Assembly (NCBI GenBank): GCA_963663165.1
Contig: OY760175.1
Coordinates: 544,001 to 608,000, forward strand
Length of the DNA stretch: 64,000 bases
Reading direction: 5' to 3'
Source: an uncultured Desulfospira sp.
Lineage (GTDB): Bacteria; Desulfobacterota; Desulfobacteria; Desulfobacterales; Desulfobacteraceae
The notes beneath the pieces are model-generated. The model made no database searches, was not told the origin of the DNA, and saw only the letters and a program-made list of their open reading frames with translations. Made by a program: the position numbers and the translations under genes. This document shows positions 1-10,003 of this stretch, one piece after another (position 1 is the first letter of the stretch; the number at the start of each line of letters is the position of its first letter).

Positions 1-597
1 GAAGAGCATCTGCTCACAGGCCTTTTGGAACCCACCAACGAACCCTACGCCCTGGCCAAAATCGCCGGCATCAAAATGTGCGAGTCCTACAACCGGCAGT
101 ACAACACCCGGTTTTTAGCGGTCATGCCCACCAACCTTTACGGCACCAACGATAACTTTGATCTTGAAAATTCCCATGTCCTGCCGGCATTAATCCGGAA
201 GTTTCATGAGGCCAAAGTGTCCGGGAAAAAGGAAGTCGTGATATGGGGCACCGGTTCTCCCTGCCGGGAATTCCTCCATGTGGATGACATGGCCCGGGCC
301 TGTGTCCATGTGATGAACCTTTCCAACGAAGTCGTGGATCAGCAGTTAACCCAATATCCATCGCCCTGTTTTGTCAACGTGGGCACCGGAACTGATCTGA
401 GCATCAAAGAACTGGCCATGATGGTCAAAGCTGCGGTTGGATTTGAAGGCGACCTTGTATTTGATACCACCAAACCCGACGGCACCTTTAAAAAACTGCT
501 CAATGTTGACCGTCTCTCCGAACTGGGCTGGACGGCTTCCATTTCCCTGGAACAGGGCATTGCCGATACCTATGAGTGGTACCGAACAAGAAACTAG
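1..597 (+). CDS. fcl: GDP-L-fucose synthase (5'-partial)
   Basis: LEPTNEPYALAKIAGIKMCESYNRQY, MPTNLYG, SHVLPALIRKFHEAK and KPDGT motifs; frame open from base 1. Confidence 0.95.
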   Translation, partial: EEHLLTGLLEPTNEPYALAKIAGIKMCESYNRQYNTRFLAVMPTNLYGTNDNFDLENSHVLPALIRKFHEAKVSGKKEVVIWGTGSPCREFLHVDDMARACVHVMNLSNEVVDQQLTQYPSPCFVNVGTGTDLSIKELAMMVKAAVGFEGDLVFDTTKPDGTFKKLLNVDRLSELGWTASISLEQGIADTYEWYRTRN

Positions 598-600
598 AGA

Positions 601-758
601 CTGGAAACAAGAGACAGGAAAGACCTGGTAGGGTGGGCAAAAGCATAGCGTTGCCCACCATTGACGTATAACCCGCTGTTTCTAAATTATAACCCGGTTG
701 AAACGGTGGGCACAAAAAGCGTGCCCACCCTACCGGCTGGAAACAAGAGACAGGAAAG
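601..758. repeat. Inverted GTAG-REP pair (628-659 and 705-733) flanked by a 22-bp direct repeat
   Basis: GTAGGGTGGGCA..TGCCCACC and inverted GGTGGGCAC..GTGCCCACCCTAC; CTGGAAACAAGAGACAGGAAAG at 601-622 and 737-758. Confidence 0.85.
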
Positions 759-795
759 GACATCCAACAAGTCTTGAAACCAATTTCAATTTCGG

Positions 796-818
796 GTAGG
801 AGCGGGCCATGCCCGCGA
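796..818 (+). repeat. GTAG-REP, second family (GTAGGAGCGGGCCATGCCCGCGA)
   Basis: Exact reverse complement at 37989-38011; partial copies near 39825-39841 and 50570-50586. Confidence 0.85.
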
Positions 819-915
819 TCCGAGGGCTCAAACGGTCTCATGACGCCCGTCTTCAGGTCTGAATTTGATCAGCGGCTGACCGGTTAAAAAAATGAAAAAA
901 TTAATGTCAGACCCC

Positions 916-1794
916 ATGCGAAAAGGCATCATCCTGGCTGGCGGATCCGGTACCCGGTTATATCCGCTCACCCTTTCAGTGAGCAAGCAGCTCATGCCGG
1001 TGTACGACAAGCCCATGATCTATTATCCCCTGTCGACTCTGATGCTGGCCGGCATTCATGATATTCTGATCATCACCACCCCTCAGGATGCGGATCAGTT
1101 CAAAAACGTCCTCAAAGACGGGTCCCAATGGGGAATCAACCTTTCCTATGAGATCCAGCCGTCTCCCGACGGCTTGGCCCAGGCCTTTATCATCGGGGAA
1201 AAATTCATCGGCGGCAATCCGGTCACCTTAATCCTGGGGGACAATATTTTCTATGGAGAAGGCCTTTCCAGGCGGCTTCAGGTCATCGCCAAACGACAGA
1301 CCGGAGCAACCGTTTTCGGTTATTATGTAAAAGACCCGGAACGATACGGGGTGGTTGAATTTGACGACAATGACCAGGTCATCAGTATTGAGGAAAAACC
1401 CAAAACCCCCAAATCCAACTATGCCGTCACCGGGCTGTATTTTTATGACCATACCGTGGTGGATATTGCCAGACAACTGACCCCTTCCCCCAGAGGTGAG
1501 CTTGAAATTACCGACCTCAATAAAGCTTACCTTGAAAAAAATGAACTGACCGTTGAAAGGTTCAGCCGGGGAACCGCCTGGCTGGACACCGGCACCCATG
1601 AATCTCTTCTGGATGCCGGCATGTTTATCAAGGTGGTGGGAGACCGGCAGGGCCTTAAAATCGCCTGCCTTGAAGAAATCGCTTTTCGAATGGGCCTGAT
1701 TGACATTGAAAAACTGGAACAGGCCGCATTGTCCATGAAGAAAAACGGATATGGAAAATACCTCATGGACATCATCAGACAGGAAACCAATTAG
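916..1794 (+). CDS. rfbA: Glucose-1-phosphate thymidylyltransferase
   Basis: [34 protein letters not shown]; start could be 892, 904 or 916. Confidence 0.96.
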   Translation: MRKGIILAGGSGTRLYPLTLSVSKQLMPVYDKPMIYYPLSTLMLAGIHDILIITTPQDADQFKNVLKDGSQWGINLSYEIQPSPDGLAQAFIIGEKFIGGNPVTLILGDNIFYGEGLSRRLQVIAKRQTGATVFGYYVKDPERYGVVEFDDNDQVISIEEKPKTPKSNYAVTGLYFYDHTVVDIARQLTPSPRGELEITDLNKAYLEKNELTVERFSRGTAWLDTGTHESLLDAGMFIKVVGDRQGLKIACLEEIAFRMGLIDIEKLEQAALSMKKNGYGKYLMDIIRQETN

Positions 1795-1797
1795 GCA

Positions 1798-2346
1798 ATG
1801 AAACTGACCAGACTATCCATTCCCGATGTGGTCCTTATGGAACCGGACGTTTTCGGCGACCGCCGGGGATATTTTATGGAAACCTTCCGGGATAATTTTT
1901 TCAAAGAGAACATAGCCGATGCCTCTTTTGTCCAGGACAATCACAGCCGCTCTTCCCAGGGGATTTTAAGGGGACTGCATTACCAGATCCAAAAGGCCCA
2001 GGGAAAACTGGTCCGGGTGACCTTAGGAGAGGTTTTTGATGTAGCGGTGGACTTAAGAAGAACCTCCCCCACCTTCGGCCAATGGGTCGGGGAGACGCTC
2101 TCCATGGAAAACAAAAGACTGATGTGGATACCCCCTGGGTTTGCCCACGGATTTTACGTCCTGAGCAGCGAGGCCGAGTTTATATATAAATGTACCGAAT
2201 ACTATGCCCCTGAACATGAGCGGTCCATACGGTGGGATGATCCCGACATCAATATTCAATGGCACCTGATCTCCGGTAAACAACCGCTCTTATCTCAAAA
2301 GGATGAGGACGCAGTACCTTTTAAAGATGCACAGGTGTACGAATGA
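1798..2346 (+). CDS. rfbC: dTDP-4-dehydrorhamnose 3,5-epimerase
   Basis: FVQDNHSRS, LRGLHYQ, PPGFAHGF. Confidence 0.96.
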   Translation: MKLTRLSIPDVVLMEPDVFGDRRGYFMETFRDNFFKENIADASFVQDNHSRSSQGILRGLHYQIQKAQGKLVRVTLGEVFDVAVDLRRTSPTFGQWVGETLSMENKRLMWIPPGFAHGFYVLSSEAEFIYKCTEYYAPEHERSIRWDDPDINIQWHLISGKQPLLSQKDEDAVPFKDAQVYE

Positions 2347-3206
2347 AGATCCTTATTCTCGGATCAGGAGGGCAGCTGGGCTGGGAGCTTTTGCAAACCT
2401 GTCCAAAGGATGTGCATATTGAGGCTTGTGATTTTCCCAAAATAGATTTTTTTAAATCATCCAGTATCCAGGAATGTATATTCCCTTCCGATGCAGACTG
2501 GATCATTAACGCCGCCGCTTTTACTGCAGTAGACCTGGCGGAAACCGAACCGGAAAAAGCCCACCGGATCAATCATGAGGCCGTTGATGAAATCTCTCAG
2601 ATAGCGGCCCAAAAACAGATTCGCCTGGTTCACATCTCAACAGACTACGTTTTCAGCGGCAGACACTACAAACCCTTACAGCCCGATGACCCATTTGATC
2701 CCCAGTCCGTTTACGGCCTGTCCAAATTAAAAGGCGAAGAGGCGGTCCGCCATAATCTAAAGGACAAGGCACTGATTATCCGAACCGCATGGCTGTATTC
2801 CGCCCACGGAAAAAATTTTGTGAAAACCATGCTCAACCTCATGTCAGCCGGAAAAGACCTCAAGGTTATTGACGAACAGATCGGCACCCCGACCTGGGCC
2901 AAAGGCCTTGCTCAGGCCATCTGGGTATCCATTGAAAAATCCCTTTCAGGCACCTTTCACTGGACCGATGCCGGCGCGGCATCCTGGTATGATTTTGCTG
3001 TGGCCATCCAGGAAGAAGGGCTCCATCTCGGGATACTGAACAAACCGGTATCCATTACCCCGGTCCCGTCAGAGCAGTTTCCAACCCCGGCGGAACGGCC
3101 CTATTACAGCATACTGGATAAACAGTCCATGTGGCAGGCCACCCAAATCACCCCGGTCCACTGGCGGGTGAAGCTTCGATCCATGCTCAGGGAGTTGAAA
3201 TCATGA
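2343..3206 (+). CDS. rfbD: dTDP-4-dehydrorhamnose reductase
   Basis: GSGGQLG, HISTDYVF, YGLSKLKGE, RTAWLYS. Confidence 0.95.
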   Translation: MKILILGSGGQLGWELLQTCPKDVHIEACDFPKIDFFKSSSIQECIFPSDADWIINAAAFTAVDLAETEPEKAHRINHEAVDEISQIAAQKQIRLVHISTDYVFSGRHYKPLQPDDPFDPQSVYGLSKLKGEEAVRHNLKDKALIIRTAWLYSAHGKNFVKTMLNLMSAGKDLKVIDEQIGTPTWAKGLAQAIWVSIEKSLSGTFHWTDAGAASWYDFAVAIQEEGLHLGILNKPVSITPVPSEQFPTPAERPYYSILDKQSMWQATQITPVHWRVKLRSMLRELKS

Positions 3207-4264
3207 CCACCTTACTGGTTACCGGCGGCGCAGGATTCATTGGCACCAACTTTGTGTATTACTGGCTGAACCAATACCCGGAAGACCGGGTCATTGTCCT
3301 GGATGCCCTGACCTATGCCGGCAATCCGGACAACCTGTCCGATGCGCTCAAACATGACCAGTTTCAATTTGTCCACGGTGATATCCTGGACCAGGGGCTT
3401 GTGGAAGACCTGCTGAATAAAAACAAGGTGGACATCCTGGTTCATTTTGCCGCCGAATCCCATGTGGACAGATCCATTGAAGGGCCGGATGCCTTTATTC
3501 AAACCAACATTGTCGGTACCCACAGCCTGCTCAAGGCCGCCAAGAAAGTCTGGCTGGACAACGGCCCGGTAAACCACCGGTTCCACCATATTTCCACCGA
3601 CGAAGTCTACGGCACCTTGGGCCCCAAAGACCCGGCATTTTCAGAAGACACCCCCTATGCCCCCAATTCCCCCTATGCGGCCAGCAAAGCCTCTTCGGAC
3701 CACCTGGTGCGGGCCTACCATGAGACCTATGGCCTTGAGGTCACCACCTCAAACTGTTCCAATAATTACGGACCCTTTCAGTTTCCCGAAAAACTGATCC
3801 CCCTTATGATCACCAACATTCTCAATAACAAGCCCATCCCGGTGTATGGGGACGGCATGCAGATCAGGGACTGGCTGTTTGTGGATGACCATAATCTCGG
3901 GGTGGACCTGATTTTAAAACGGGGGCAAATCGGGGAAACCTACAACATCGGCGGAAACAACGAGCAGGTCAACCTGGATATTGTAAAATTGGTCTGCACG
4001 GTAATGGATGAACTGTTTGGGTCACAGGAAACCCTTGCCCGGCAGTTTCCAAAGGCCCCGCCCGCAATGGGACAGCCCTCATCAACCCTGATCACCCATG
4101 TAACGGACCGGGCCGGCCATGACCGCCGGTATGCCATTAATGCGGATAAAATCACCGCCGAGCTCGGATACAAACCCAGATATTCCTTTGAAAACGGAAT
4201 AAAAAAGACCATCGAATGGTACCTTAACCAGGAAACCTGGTGGACTCCCTTAATAAACGATTAA
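3203..4264 (+). CDS. rfbB: dTDP-glucose 4,6-dehydratase
   Basis: VTGGAGFIG, HFAAESHVDRSI, HISTDEVYG, DRAGHDRRYA; ATG overlaps rfbD stop (ATGA). Confidence 0.96.
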   Translation: MTTLLVTGGAGFIGTNFVYYWLNQYPEDRVIVLDALTYAGNPDNLSDALKHDQFQFVHGDILDQGLVEDLLNKNKVDILVHFAAESHVDRSIEGPDAFIQTNIVGTHSLLKAAKKVWLDNGPVNHRFHHISTDEVYGTLGPKDPAFSEDTPYAPNSPYAASKASSDHLVRAYHETYGLEVTTSNCSNNYGPFQFPEKLIPLMITNILNNKPIPVYGDGMQIRDWLFVDDHNLGVDLILKRGQIGETYNIGGNNEQVNLDIVKLVCTVMDELFGSQETLARQFPKAPPAMGQPSSTLITHVTDRAGHDRRYAINADKITAELGYKPRYSFENGIKKTIEWYLNQETWWTPLIND

Positions 4265-4284
4265 CTGCAGAAAGGATTAGACAA

Positions 4285-5574
4285 TTGGATAAAAACACCA
4301 AAATTGCCGTTGTCGGCTTAGGGTATGTCGGTCTTCCCCTTGCGGTACACTTTGGAACCAAATTCAACACCATCGGCTTTGACTTAAAACAGTCCATTAC
4401 AGACAACAGCAAAGCCCATAAAGATCCCACCGGAGAAGTCTCCAAAGCGGAATTTGAACAGGCGGTACATTTCACCCCGACCACAGACCCCAGCCTCATG
4501 TCCGATGCCGACATCATTGTCGTGGCCGTCCCAACCCCCATCGACAAAGCCCGGCGCCCGGACCTTTATCCTGTGGAAAGCGCCTCCCGGACCGTTGGGA
4601 AAGTAATGAAAAAAGGGTGCATCGTGGTGTTTGAATCCACGGTGTATCCCGGCGTGACCGAAGACATCTGTGTGCCGCTGCTGGAAAAAGAATCCGGCAT
4701 GACATGGAAAACAGATTTTCATGTGGGCTATTCACCGGAAAGAATCAATCCCGGGGACAAAGAACATACCCTGACCAAGATTACCAAAGTGGTCTCCGGC
4801 GATGACGAAGCCACCCTTGAAACCGTGGCCGCCCTGTATGAATCCATTGTAACGGCCGGGGTACACCGGACCCGGACCATCAAAGAGGCGGAAGCGGCAA
4901 AGGTCATCGAAAACACCCAGCGGGATCTAAACATTGCATTGATGAACGAACTGTCCCTGATATTCGACCTGCTCGGCATTGACACCAAAAACGTCCTGGA
5001 AGCCGCCGGCTCCAAATGGAATTTTTTAAAATTTTCCCCGGGTCTGGTCGGCGGGCACTGCATCGGGGTTGATCCTTATTATCTGACCTTTAAAGCCCAA
5101 AGCGAAGGATACCATCCTGAAGTTATCCTGGCCGGCCGGAGAATCAACGACGGAATGGGAAAATTTGTGGCGGAAAAAGCCGTCAAAATGATGATCTCAT
5201 CTTCTCAACCGGTCAAAGGCACCCGGGTCGGTGTCCTGGGCCTGACCTTCAAAGAGGACTGCCCGGACTTAAGAAACACCCGGGTCATTGACATTATTCA
5301 TGAACTGGATTCATACGGGTGCGATGTGCTGGTGCATGACCCCATGGCCGATCCTGAAGAGGCAAGGCAGTATTACAATGTTGACCTCAAACCCTGGGAA
5401 GAATTGAAAGACCTCGGCGCTTTGATTGTCGCGGTTCCCCATGCCTGGTACAAAGATCAGCCCTTAAGCGCATTTACTGAGAAACTGGCCCCTAAAGGCT
5501 GCCTTGTGGATGTTAAATGCATGCTGGATGTGAATGAAGTGGAAAAAACAGGCCATCCCTTCTGGCGCCTGTAA
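4285..5574 (+). CDS. Nucleotide-sugar (UDP-HexNAc) dehydrogenase, WbpO/TviB-like
   Basis: GLGYVGLPLA, ESTVYPG, YSPERINPGD, GGHCIGVDPYYL; TTG start after AAAGGA is inferred. Confidence 0.92.
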   Translation: MDKNTKIAVVGLGYVGLPLAVHFGTKFNTIGFDLKQSITDNSKAHKDPTGEVSKAEFEQAVHFTPTTDPSLMSDADIIVVAVPTPIDKARRPDLYPVESASRTVGKVMKKGCIVVFESTVYPGVTEDICVPLLEKESGMTWKTDFHVGYSPERINPGDKEHTLTKITKVVSGDDEATLETVAALYESIVTAGVHRTRTIKEAEAAKVIENTQRDLNIALMNELSLIFDLLGIDTKNVLEAAGSKWNFLKFSPGLVGGHCIGVDPYYLTFKAQSEGYHPEVILAGRRINDGMGKFVAEKAVKMMISSSQPVKGTRVGVLGLTFKEDCPDLRNTRVIDIIHELDSYGCDVLVHDPMADPEEARQYYNVDLKPWEELKDLGALIVAVPHAWYKDQPLSAFTEKLAPKGCLVDVKCMLDVNEVEKTGHPFWRL

Positions 5575-5583
5575 GGAAGTCTT

Positions 5584-6669
5584 ATGAAAAAAATCATGCT
5601 CATTGCCGGGGCCCGGCCCAATTTTATGAAAATCGCCCCCATTGCCCGGGCCCTTGACCTTCACGCAGATCAGTTCTCCTATAAAATCGTCCATACCGGC
5701 CAGCATTATGACCAGAATATGAGCGATATATTCTTTGAGGAACTCGGCATCCGCAAGCCTGATTACCACCTGGGCGCCGGAGGGGGAACCCACTCTCAGC
5801 AGACCGCCAAAATTATGGTCGGCTTTGAAGACATCTGTGAAACAGATCCCCCCGATCTGATCATGGTGGTGGGCGATGTGAATTCCACCCTGGCCTGCTC
5901 CATTGTGGCCAAAAAGATGCACATCAAAGTCGCCCATGTAGAGGCGGGGTTAAGAAGCTTTGACCTGGATATGCCCGAAGAGATCAACCGCATGGTCACC
6001 GACGCCATCTCCGATATCTTTTTTGTGACCGAAGAGCAGGGCATGGTCAATCTTAAAAATGAGGGAAAACCCGGCGCCAGTATCCATTTTGTCGGCCATG
6101 TCATGATCGACAACCTGTACTACCAGCTCTCACAACTGGAACAGATGGACCCGGCCACCCTGAAATTCAACGACTACAAAGCCGGCCGCAGCCAATACGG
6201 CGTGGTCACCCTCCACCGCCCCTCAAACGTGGATGACAAACTAACCCTGGAACGGATTTTCAAAACCCTTGGCCGGATTTCCCAAACGCTTCCCCTGATT
6301 TTCCCCATTCACCCCAGAACCCGGAAAAACATGGAAGCCTTCGGCATTCAGCCGCCCGAAACCATCACCTTGACCCAGCCGCTGTCCTACATGGAATTCT
6401 TAAATTTGTGGAAGGACGCCAAACTTGCCCTGACCGACTCAGGCGGCCTCCAGGAAGAGACAACGGCATTAGGCATTCCCTGCCTGACCATCCGGGAAAA
6501 CACCGAAAGGCCCATCACCGTCACCCAGGGAACCAACGAGCTGGTGGGCAATTCAGAAGAGAAAATCCTCAACGCCTATGACCAGATCATGGCCGGAATC
6601 TGGAAAACAGGCCAAAAACCCAAATTCTGGGACGGCCACGCCGCTGAAAGAATTGTTGATATTATCTAA
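5584..6669 (+). CDS. wecB: UDP-N-acetylglucosamine 2-epimerase (non-hydrolysing)
   Basis: GARPNFMKIAP, HTGQHYD, HVEAGLRS, TDSGGLQEE, RENTERP. Confidence 0.94.
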   Translation: MKKIMLIAGARPNFMKIAPIARALDLHADQFSYKIVHTGQHYDQNMSDIFFEELGIRKPDYHLGAGGGTHSQQTAKIMVGFEDICETDPPDLIMVVGDVNSTLACSIVAKKMHIKVAHVEAGLRSFDLDMPEEINRMVTDAISDIFFVTEEQGMVNLKNEGKPGASIHFVGHVMIDNLYYQLSQLEQMDPATLKFNDYKAGRSQYGVVTLHRPSNVDDKLTLERIFKTLGRISQTLPLIFPIHPRTRKNMEAFGIQPPETITLTQPLSYMEFLNLWKDAKLALTDSGGLQEETTALGIPCLTIRENTERPITVTQGTNELVGNSEEKILNAYDQIMAGIWKTGQKPKFWDGHAAERIVDII

Positions 6670-6686
6670 GGCTACAAACAATTGAC

Positions 6687-6838
6687 GTAACTGTTCAGCA
6701 GTGCCCCATCTTCGCTCATTCAGGCCTTCTCACATAGCAAAAGTATGCTACGAAGTCCTGACTAAACAAATATGAAGCACTGATAAACAGTTACGGACCC
6801 TGGTTTTGCTTAGTTTTCAGCATTAGCTGAATAGTTAC
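6687..6838. mobile_element. 152-bp MITE with IS66-like ends and 8-bp TSD CAATTGAC
   Basis: Ends GTAACTGTTCAGC / GCTGAATAGTTAC; CAATTGAC at 6679-6686 and 6839-6846; near-identical inverted copy at 7594-7746. Confidence 0.88.
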
Positions 6839-6841
6839 CAA

Positions 6842-6870
6842 TTGACAATCTTTTTTTCTTGGCCTATGCT
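6842..6870 (+). promoter_or_regulatory. Putative sigma70 promoter of vapBC
   Basis: TTGACA-N17-TATGCT, 36 nt upstream of ATG 6907. Confidence 0.6.
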
Positions 6871-6906
6871 TTGGCATATGATTGAATTAAACAGAAGGTG
6901 CTTACT

Positions 6907-7146
6907 ATGCCAATAGAGCGACATGTGCGGTTGTTTCGGAACGGGCGTAACCAGGCGATAAGAATCCCTCGGGAGTTTGAGCTGGAAGGAAATGAAGCCA
7001 TAATCCGCAAGGAAAAAAACAGGCTTATTGTGGAACCGGTGAAAAAGGCCGGTTTGTTGCATGTTCTTTCAAAATTAAAACCGATTCGTGATGAATTCCC
7101 CAATGTTGATGATAACCTGAAACCATTAGATGATATTGATCTATGA
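6907..7146 (+). CDS. vapB: AbrB/VagC-type antitoxin
   Basis: LFRNGRNQAIRIPREFEL motif; ATGA overlap with the PIN gene. Confidence 0.88.
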   Translation: MPIERHVRLFRNGRNQAIRIPREFELEGNEAIIRKEKNRLIVEPVKKAGLLHVLSKLKPIRDEFPNVDDNLKPLDDIDL

Positions 7147-7553
7147 CTGAAAATCTGTCTTACCTTCTGGACACCAATATCATTTCCGAATTGATTAGAA
7201 ATCCACAGGGCAAATTAACAGATATCATTGCCCTCAAAGGTGAAGACCGAATCTGTACAAGTATTATCGTCGCCTCTGAACTGCGGTTTGGGGCTGAAAA
7301 GAAAGGCTCAGCCCCTCTCACCAGGCAGTTGGAAACGGTGCTTTCGGCAATAAAAATAATGTCTTTGAGAGAACCGGCTGATCGGGCCTATGCAAAATTG
7401 CGAACCCATCTGGAAAAAACAGGCAAACCGATTGGTCCCAATGACATGTTGATTGCAGCCCATGCACTTTCCCTGGGATTAACCCTGGTAACAGCCAATG
7501 AGCGGGAGTTCTTACGTGTACCGGAACTGGCTGTCGAAAACTGGTTAAAATAG
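7143..7553 (+). CDS. vapC: PIN-domain toxin
   Basis: YLLDTNIISE, IGPNDMLIAAHA, LVTANEREF, VENW. Confidence 0.92.
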   Translation: MTENLSYLLDTNIISELIRNPQGKLTDIIALKGEDRICTSIIVASELRFGAEKKGSAPLTRQLETVLSAIKIMSLREPADRAYAKLRTHLEKTGKPIGPNDMLIAAHALSLGLTLVTANEREFLRVPELAVENWLK

Positions 7554-7597
7554 GGGAGGTCGGTGATATACCGCTGCATTTGTTAGAAACAAAGTAA
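7553..7597 (+). pseudogene. Rpn C-terminal tail remnant
   Basis: Translates GEVGDIPLHLLETK*, matching the Rpn end GEVVDIPLHLLEPNR*. Confidence 0.75.
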
Positions 7598-7746
7598 CTA
7601 TTCAGCTAATGCTGAAAACTAAGCAACAACAGGGTCCGTAACTGTTTATCAGTGCTTCATATTTGTTTAGTCAGGACTTCGTAGCATACTTTTGCTATGT
7701 GAGAAGGCCTTAAATGAGCGAAGATGGGGCACTGCACAACAGTTAC
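7594..7746. mobile_element. 153-bp MITE (inverted copy) with 8-bp TSD GAAACAAA
   Basis: Reverse complement of 6687-6838 with a few differences; GAAACAAA at 7586-7593 and 7747-7754. Confidence 0.88.
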
Positions 7747-7788
7747 GAAACAAATAACTGATCCAAAGCAGCAAGGGCATATAAAAAA

Positions 7789-8205
7789 ATGAACGAAAAA
7801 GATATCCGCTGGAAACAGCGGTTTCAAAATTTTAAAAAAGCCCTGGGCCGGCTGACAGAGGCGGTTAATTTGTCTCACCAAAAACAGCTGTCAAATATTG
7901 AACAGCAGGGATTTATAAAGGCCTTTGAATTTACCCACGAACTGGCCTGGAAGGTCATGAAAGATTTTTTTGTTTACCAGGGAAATACCCGGATAACAGG
8001 ATCAAGGGACGCCACAAGAGAAGCATTTCAAAATCAGCTGATTAAAGACGGTGACAACTGGATGGAAATGATCCAGGCCAGAAACAAAGCCGTCCATACT
8101 TATGATGAATCAACCGCCAGTGAAATAATCAGGAAAGTAAACCATACATACCACTCTTTGTTCCTCGAGTTTGAAAAAATGATGCAGGAACGGCATGACG
8201 GATAA
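7789..8205 (+). CDS. HEPN nucleotidyltransferase substrate-binding protein (HI0074 family)
   Basis: DIRWKQRFQNFKKAL, IKAFEFTHELAWKVMKD, RNKAVHTYDE (RX4H). Confidence 0.9.
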   Translation: MNEKDIRWKQRFQNFKKALGRLTEAVNLSHQKQLSNIEQQGFIKAFEFTHELAWKVMKDFFVYQGNTRITGSRDATREAFQNQLIKDGDNWMEMIQARNKAVHTYDESTASEIIRKVNHTYHSLFLEFEKMMQERHDG

Positions 8206-8518
8206 TTCCATCGGCCCGTCTGGATTGTCTCCTGAAACAATTCATAAAATTCATAGTGTGTTTTCCCGTTTTCCCGACATTTACCAGGTTTATCTTTACG
8301 GCTCACGGGCAAAAGGCAATTACCAGCCCGGCTCAGATATTGACCTGGCCATCCAGGGCGAAGCCGTAACACCATCACAATTATACAAAATTGAATCTGA
8401 ACTGGATGACCTGCTGCTGCCATATAAAATAGATCTTTCCTTGTTCAGGCTTATTGAAAACGAGGCGCTTGTACGCCATATCCAACGTGTCGGCAAGATT
8501 TTCTATACCCGCAAATGA
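8195..8518 (+). CDS. Minimal nucleotidyltransferase (MNT) antitoxin
   Basis: LYGSRAKGNYQPGSDIDLA, LDDLLLPYKIDL. Confidence 0.9.
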   Translation: MTDNSIGPSGLSPETIHKIHSVFSRFPDIYQVYLYGSRAKGNYQPGSDIDLAIQGEAVTPSQLYKIESELDDLLLPYKIDLSLFRLIENEALVRHIQRVGKIFYTRK

Positions 8519-8613
8519 CTTCGGCCCCGGGAATATCGGAACTATTTATCATTGATTGCCACCGAAATAGGCATTATTATATGTATAATTCACTATAAAA
8601 TAAGGATATTATT

Positions 8614-8883
8614 ATGCCTATAAAAAATTATGTTTCATCCACCCTGTTATCAAAACATACGGCAGCGACGCTTAATTCAATAGAATCCGGTGAAACGGAT
8701 AAAATGGTCATTTTAAAGAACAACACCCCTAAGGCGATTCTGATGTCTTTTGAGTCTTATGAAGCCATGGAAGAAGAAATTGAGGATTTGAGGCTCACAG
8801 CGCTGGCGCTGTCCAGAATGCAGACGTTTGATTCAGCTAAAACAATTTCCCATAAAGAAATGATGGAAAAATTTGCGAAATGA
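8614..8883 (+). CDS. Phd/YefM-type antitoxin
   Basis: VILKNNTPKAILMSFESYE; overlaps the downstream RelE gene. Confidence 0.82.
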   Translation: MPIKNYVSSTLLSKHTAATLNSIESGETDKMVILKNNTPKAILMSFESYEAMEEEIEDLRLTALALSRMQTFDSAKTISHKEMMEKFAK

Positions 8884-9164
8884 CCTGGGAGGTTTTTTAT
8901 CACAAAGATGTCGAGGATGATTTAAAAAGCGTCGGCCCCTCCGCTGCCCGCCGGATCATCCGGACAATTGATAAAAAATTGACAACCGCGCCGGACCGGT
9001 ATGGTTTGCCGCTGGCCCATAATCTGAAAGATTTCTGGAAACTGCGAATCGGTGATTACAGGGTTGTTTACAGACTCATCGACCAGCAAGTGATTGTCTA
9101 TGTTCTCGCCGTCGGCCCCCGGAGAGACAAGGAAATCTACAAAACCGCATCAGAAAGAATCTAA
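8880..9164 (+). CDS. relE: RelE/ParE-family toxin
   Basis: WKLRIGDYRVVY, VLAVGPRRDKEIY. Confidence 0.88.
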   Translation: MTWEVFYHKDVEDDLKSVGPSAARRIIRTIDKKLTTAPDRYGLPLAHNLKDFWKLRIGDYRVVYRLIDQQVIVYVLAVGPRRDKEIYKTASERI

Positions 9165-9288
9165 ACCGCAATCGGCCACCAGGGGGCTTTTTGATAAATA
9201 TGTGGATTTTATTGATGTGTATTCAGAAATAAGCGACCAAGAGCAGCAACAACTTTATGAAACCATCATTCAAAATAAGGAAACGGCT

Positions 9289-9540
9289 ATGTTATCACAA
9301 TATATAAAAGAAAAAGGACGTCAGGAAGGCCGTCAGGAAGGACGCCAGGAAGGCCGCCAGGAAGGCCGCCAGGAAGCAGGGTATGGATTATACTTTAACA
9401 TTATTCATACCATGAAAAAAAACAACCTTCCGGATGACGAGATTGCAAGACTGACAAACCTGGATATCGAAATTATTAAAAAGATAATAGACGGAGAGGT
9501 GGTGGATATTCCGCTGCATCTGCTGGAACCGAACAGGTAG
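9289..9540 (+). CDS. Orphan Rpn C-terminal ORF (RpnS-like putative antitoxin, 83 aa)
   Basis: 9173-9540 is a near-exact copy of the 3' part of 11664-12674; keeps TAAGGA-N7-ATG; 5 versus 12 RQEG repeats. Confidence 0.7.
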   Translation: MLSQYIKEKGRQEGRQEGRQEGRQEGRQEAGYGLYFNIIHTMKKNNLPDDEIARLTNLDIEIIKKIIDGEVVDIPLHLLEPNR

Positions 9541-9543
9541 GGG

Positions 9544-9638
9544 GGGGCAGGATTGCCCTTCTAAATTTAAAATCCTTTGCGCCCTTGCGCCTTTGCGTGA
9601 GAACATAAAAACCGGCTTTCAGCCGTTGATTGAAGCTT
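9544..9638 (+). repeat. About 95-bp inter-module repeat (R-box), copy 1
   Basis: GGGGCAGG..TTCTAAATTYAAAAYCCTTTGCGCCYTTGCGCCTTTGYGTGAGAACATAAAAA..CGGCTTTCAGCCGTTGATTG; other copies at 12675, 13818 (partial), 14616 and 16357. Confidence 0.88.
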
Positions 9639-9811
9639 GCTGCTCCGGTCTCTTCACCATATCAGACACAGTAATACAACCGAAAGCCTCATTGATAATT
9701 CTAAGAAGTATAAAGATTCACCGTATATTAAAATCCGCCACTTGTGATATCTTAATTCTTTAATTATAATGAAACAATGATTAGTGTTCTGATTTAATAC
9801 AAGGACTTATT

Positions 9812-10003
9812 ATGGAAAAGAAAAAATATATATATTTCTTTGATAATGATATGTGGCTTGGCTACTGGGAAGAGTTTCCTGATTATATGACTCAGGGAAA
9901 AACTTTGGAAGAACTCAAATTGAATCTGAAAGATATTCACCATGATATATCCGGTAACCATATACCCTGTGTACGCCATGTTGGAGAAATGGAAATTGCA
10001 TGA
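9812..10003 (+). CDS. hicB: Short HicB-family antitoxin
   Basis: WLGYWEEFPDYMTQGKTLEELKLNLKD. Confidence 0.85.
   Translation: MEKKKYIYFFDNDMWLGYWEEFPDYMTQGKTLEELKLNLKDIHHDISGNHIPCVRHVGEMEIA

Noticed and set aside
6687..7746. vapBC inserted as a single composite transposon
   Set aside because: Each MITE has its own different TSD, so they inserted independently
9094..9288. N-terminal part of the 148-aa ORF
   Set aside because: Overlaps relE out of frame and runs through a recombination junction; the credible RBS/start is at 9289
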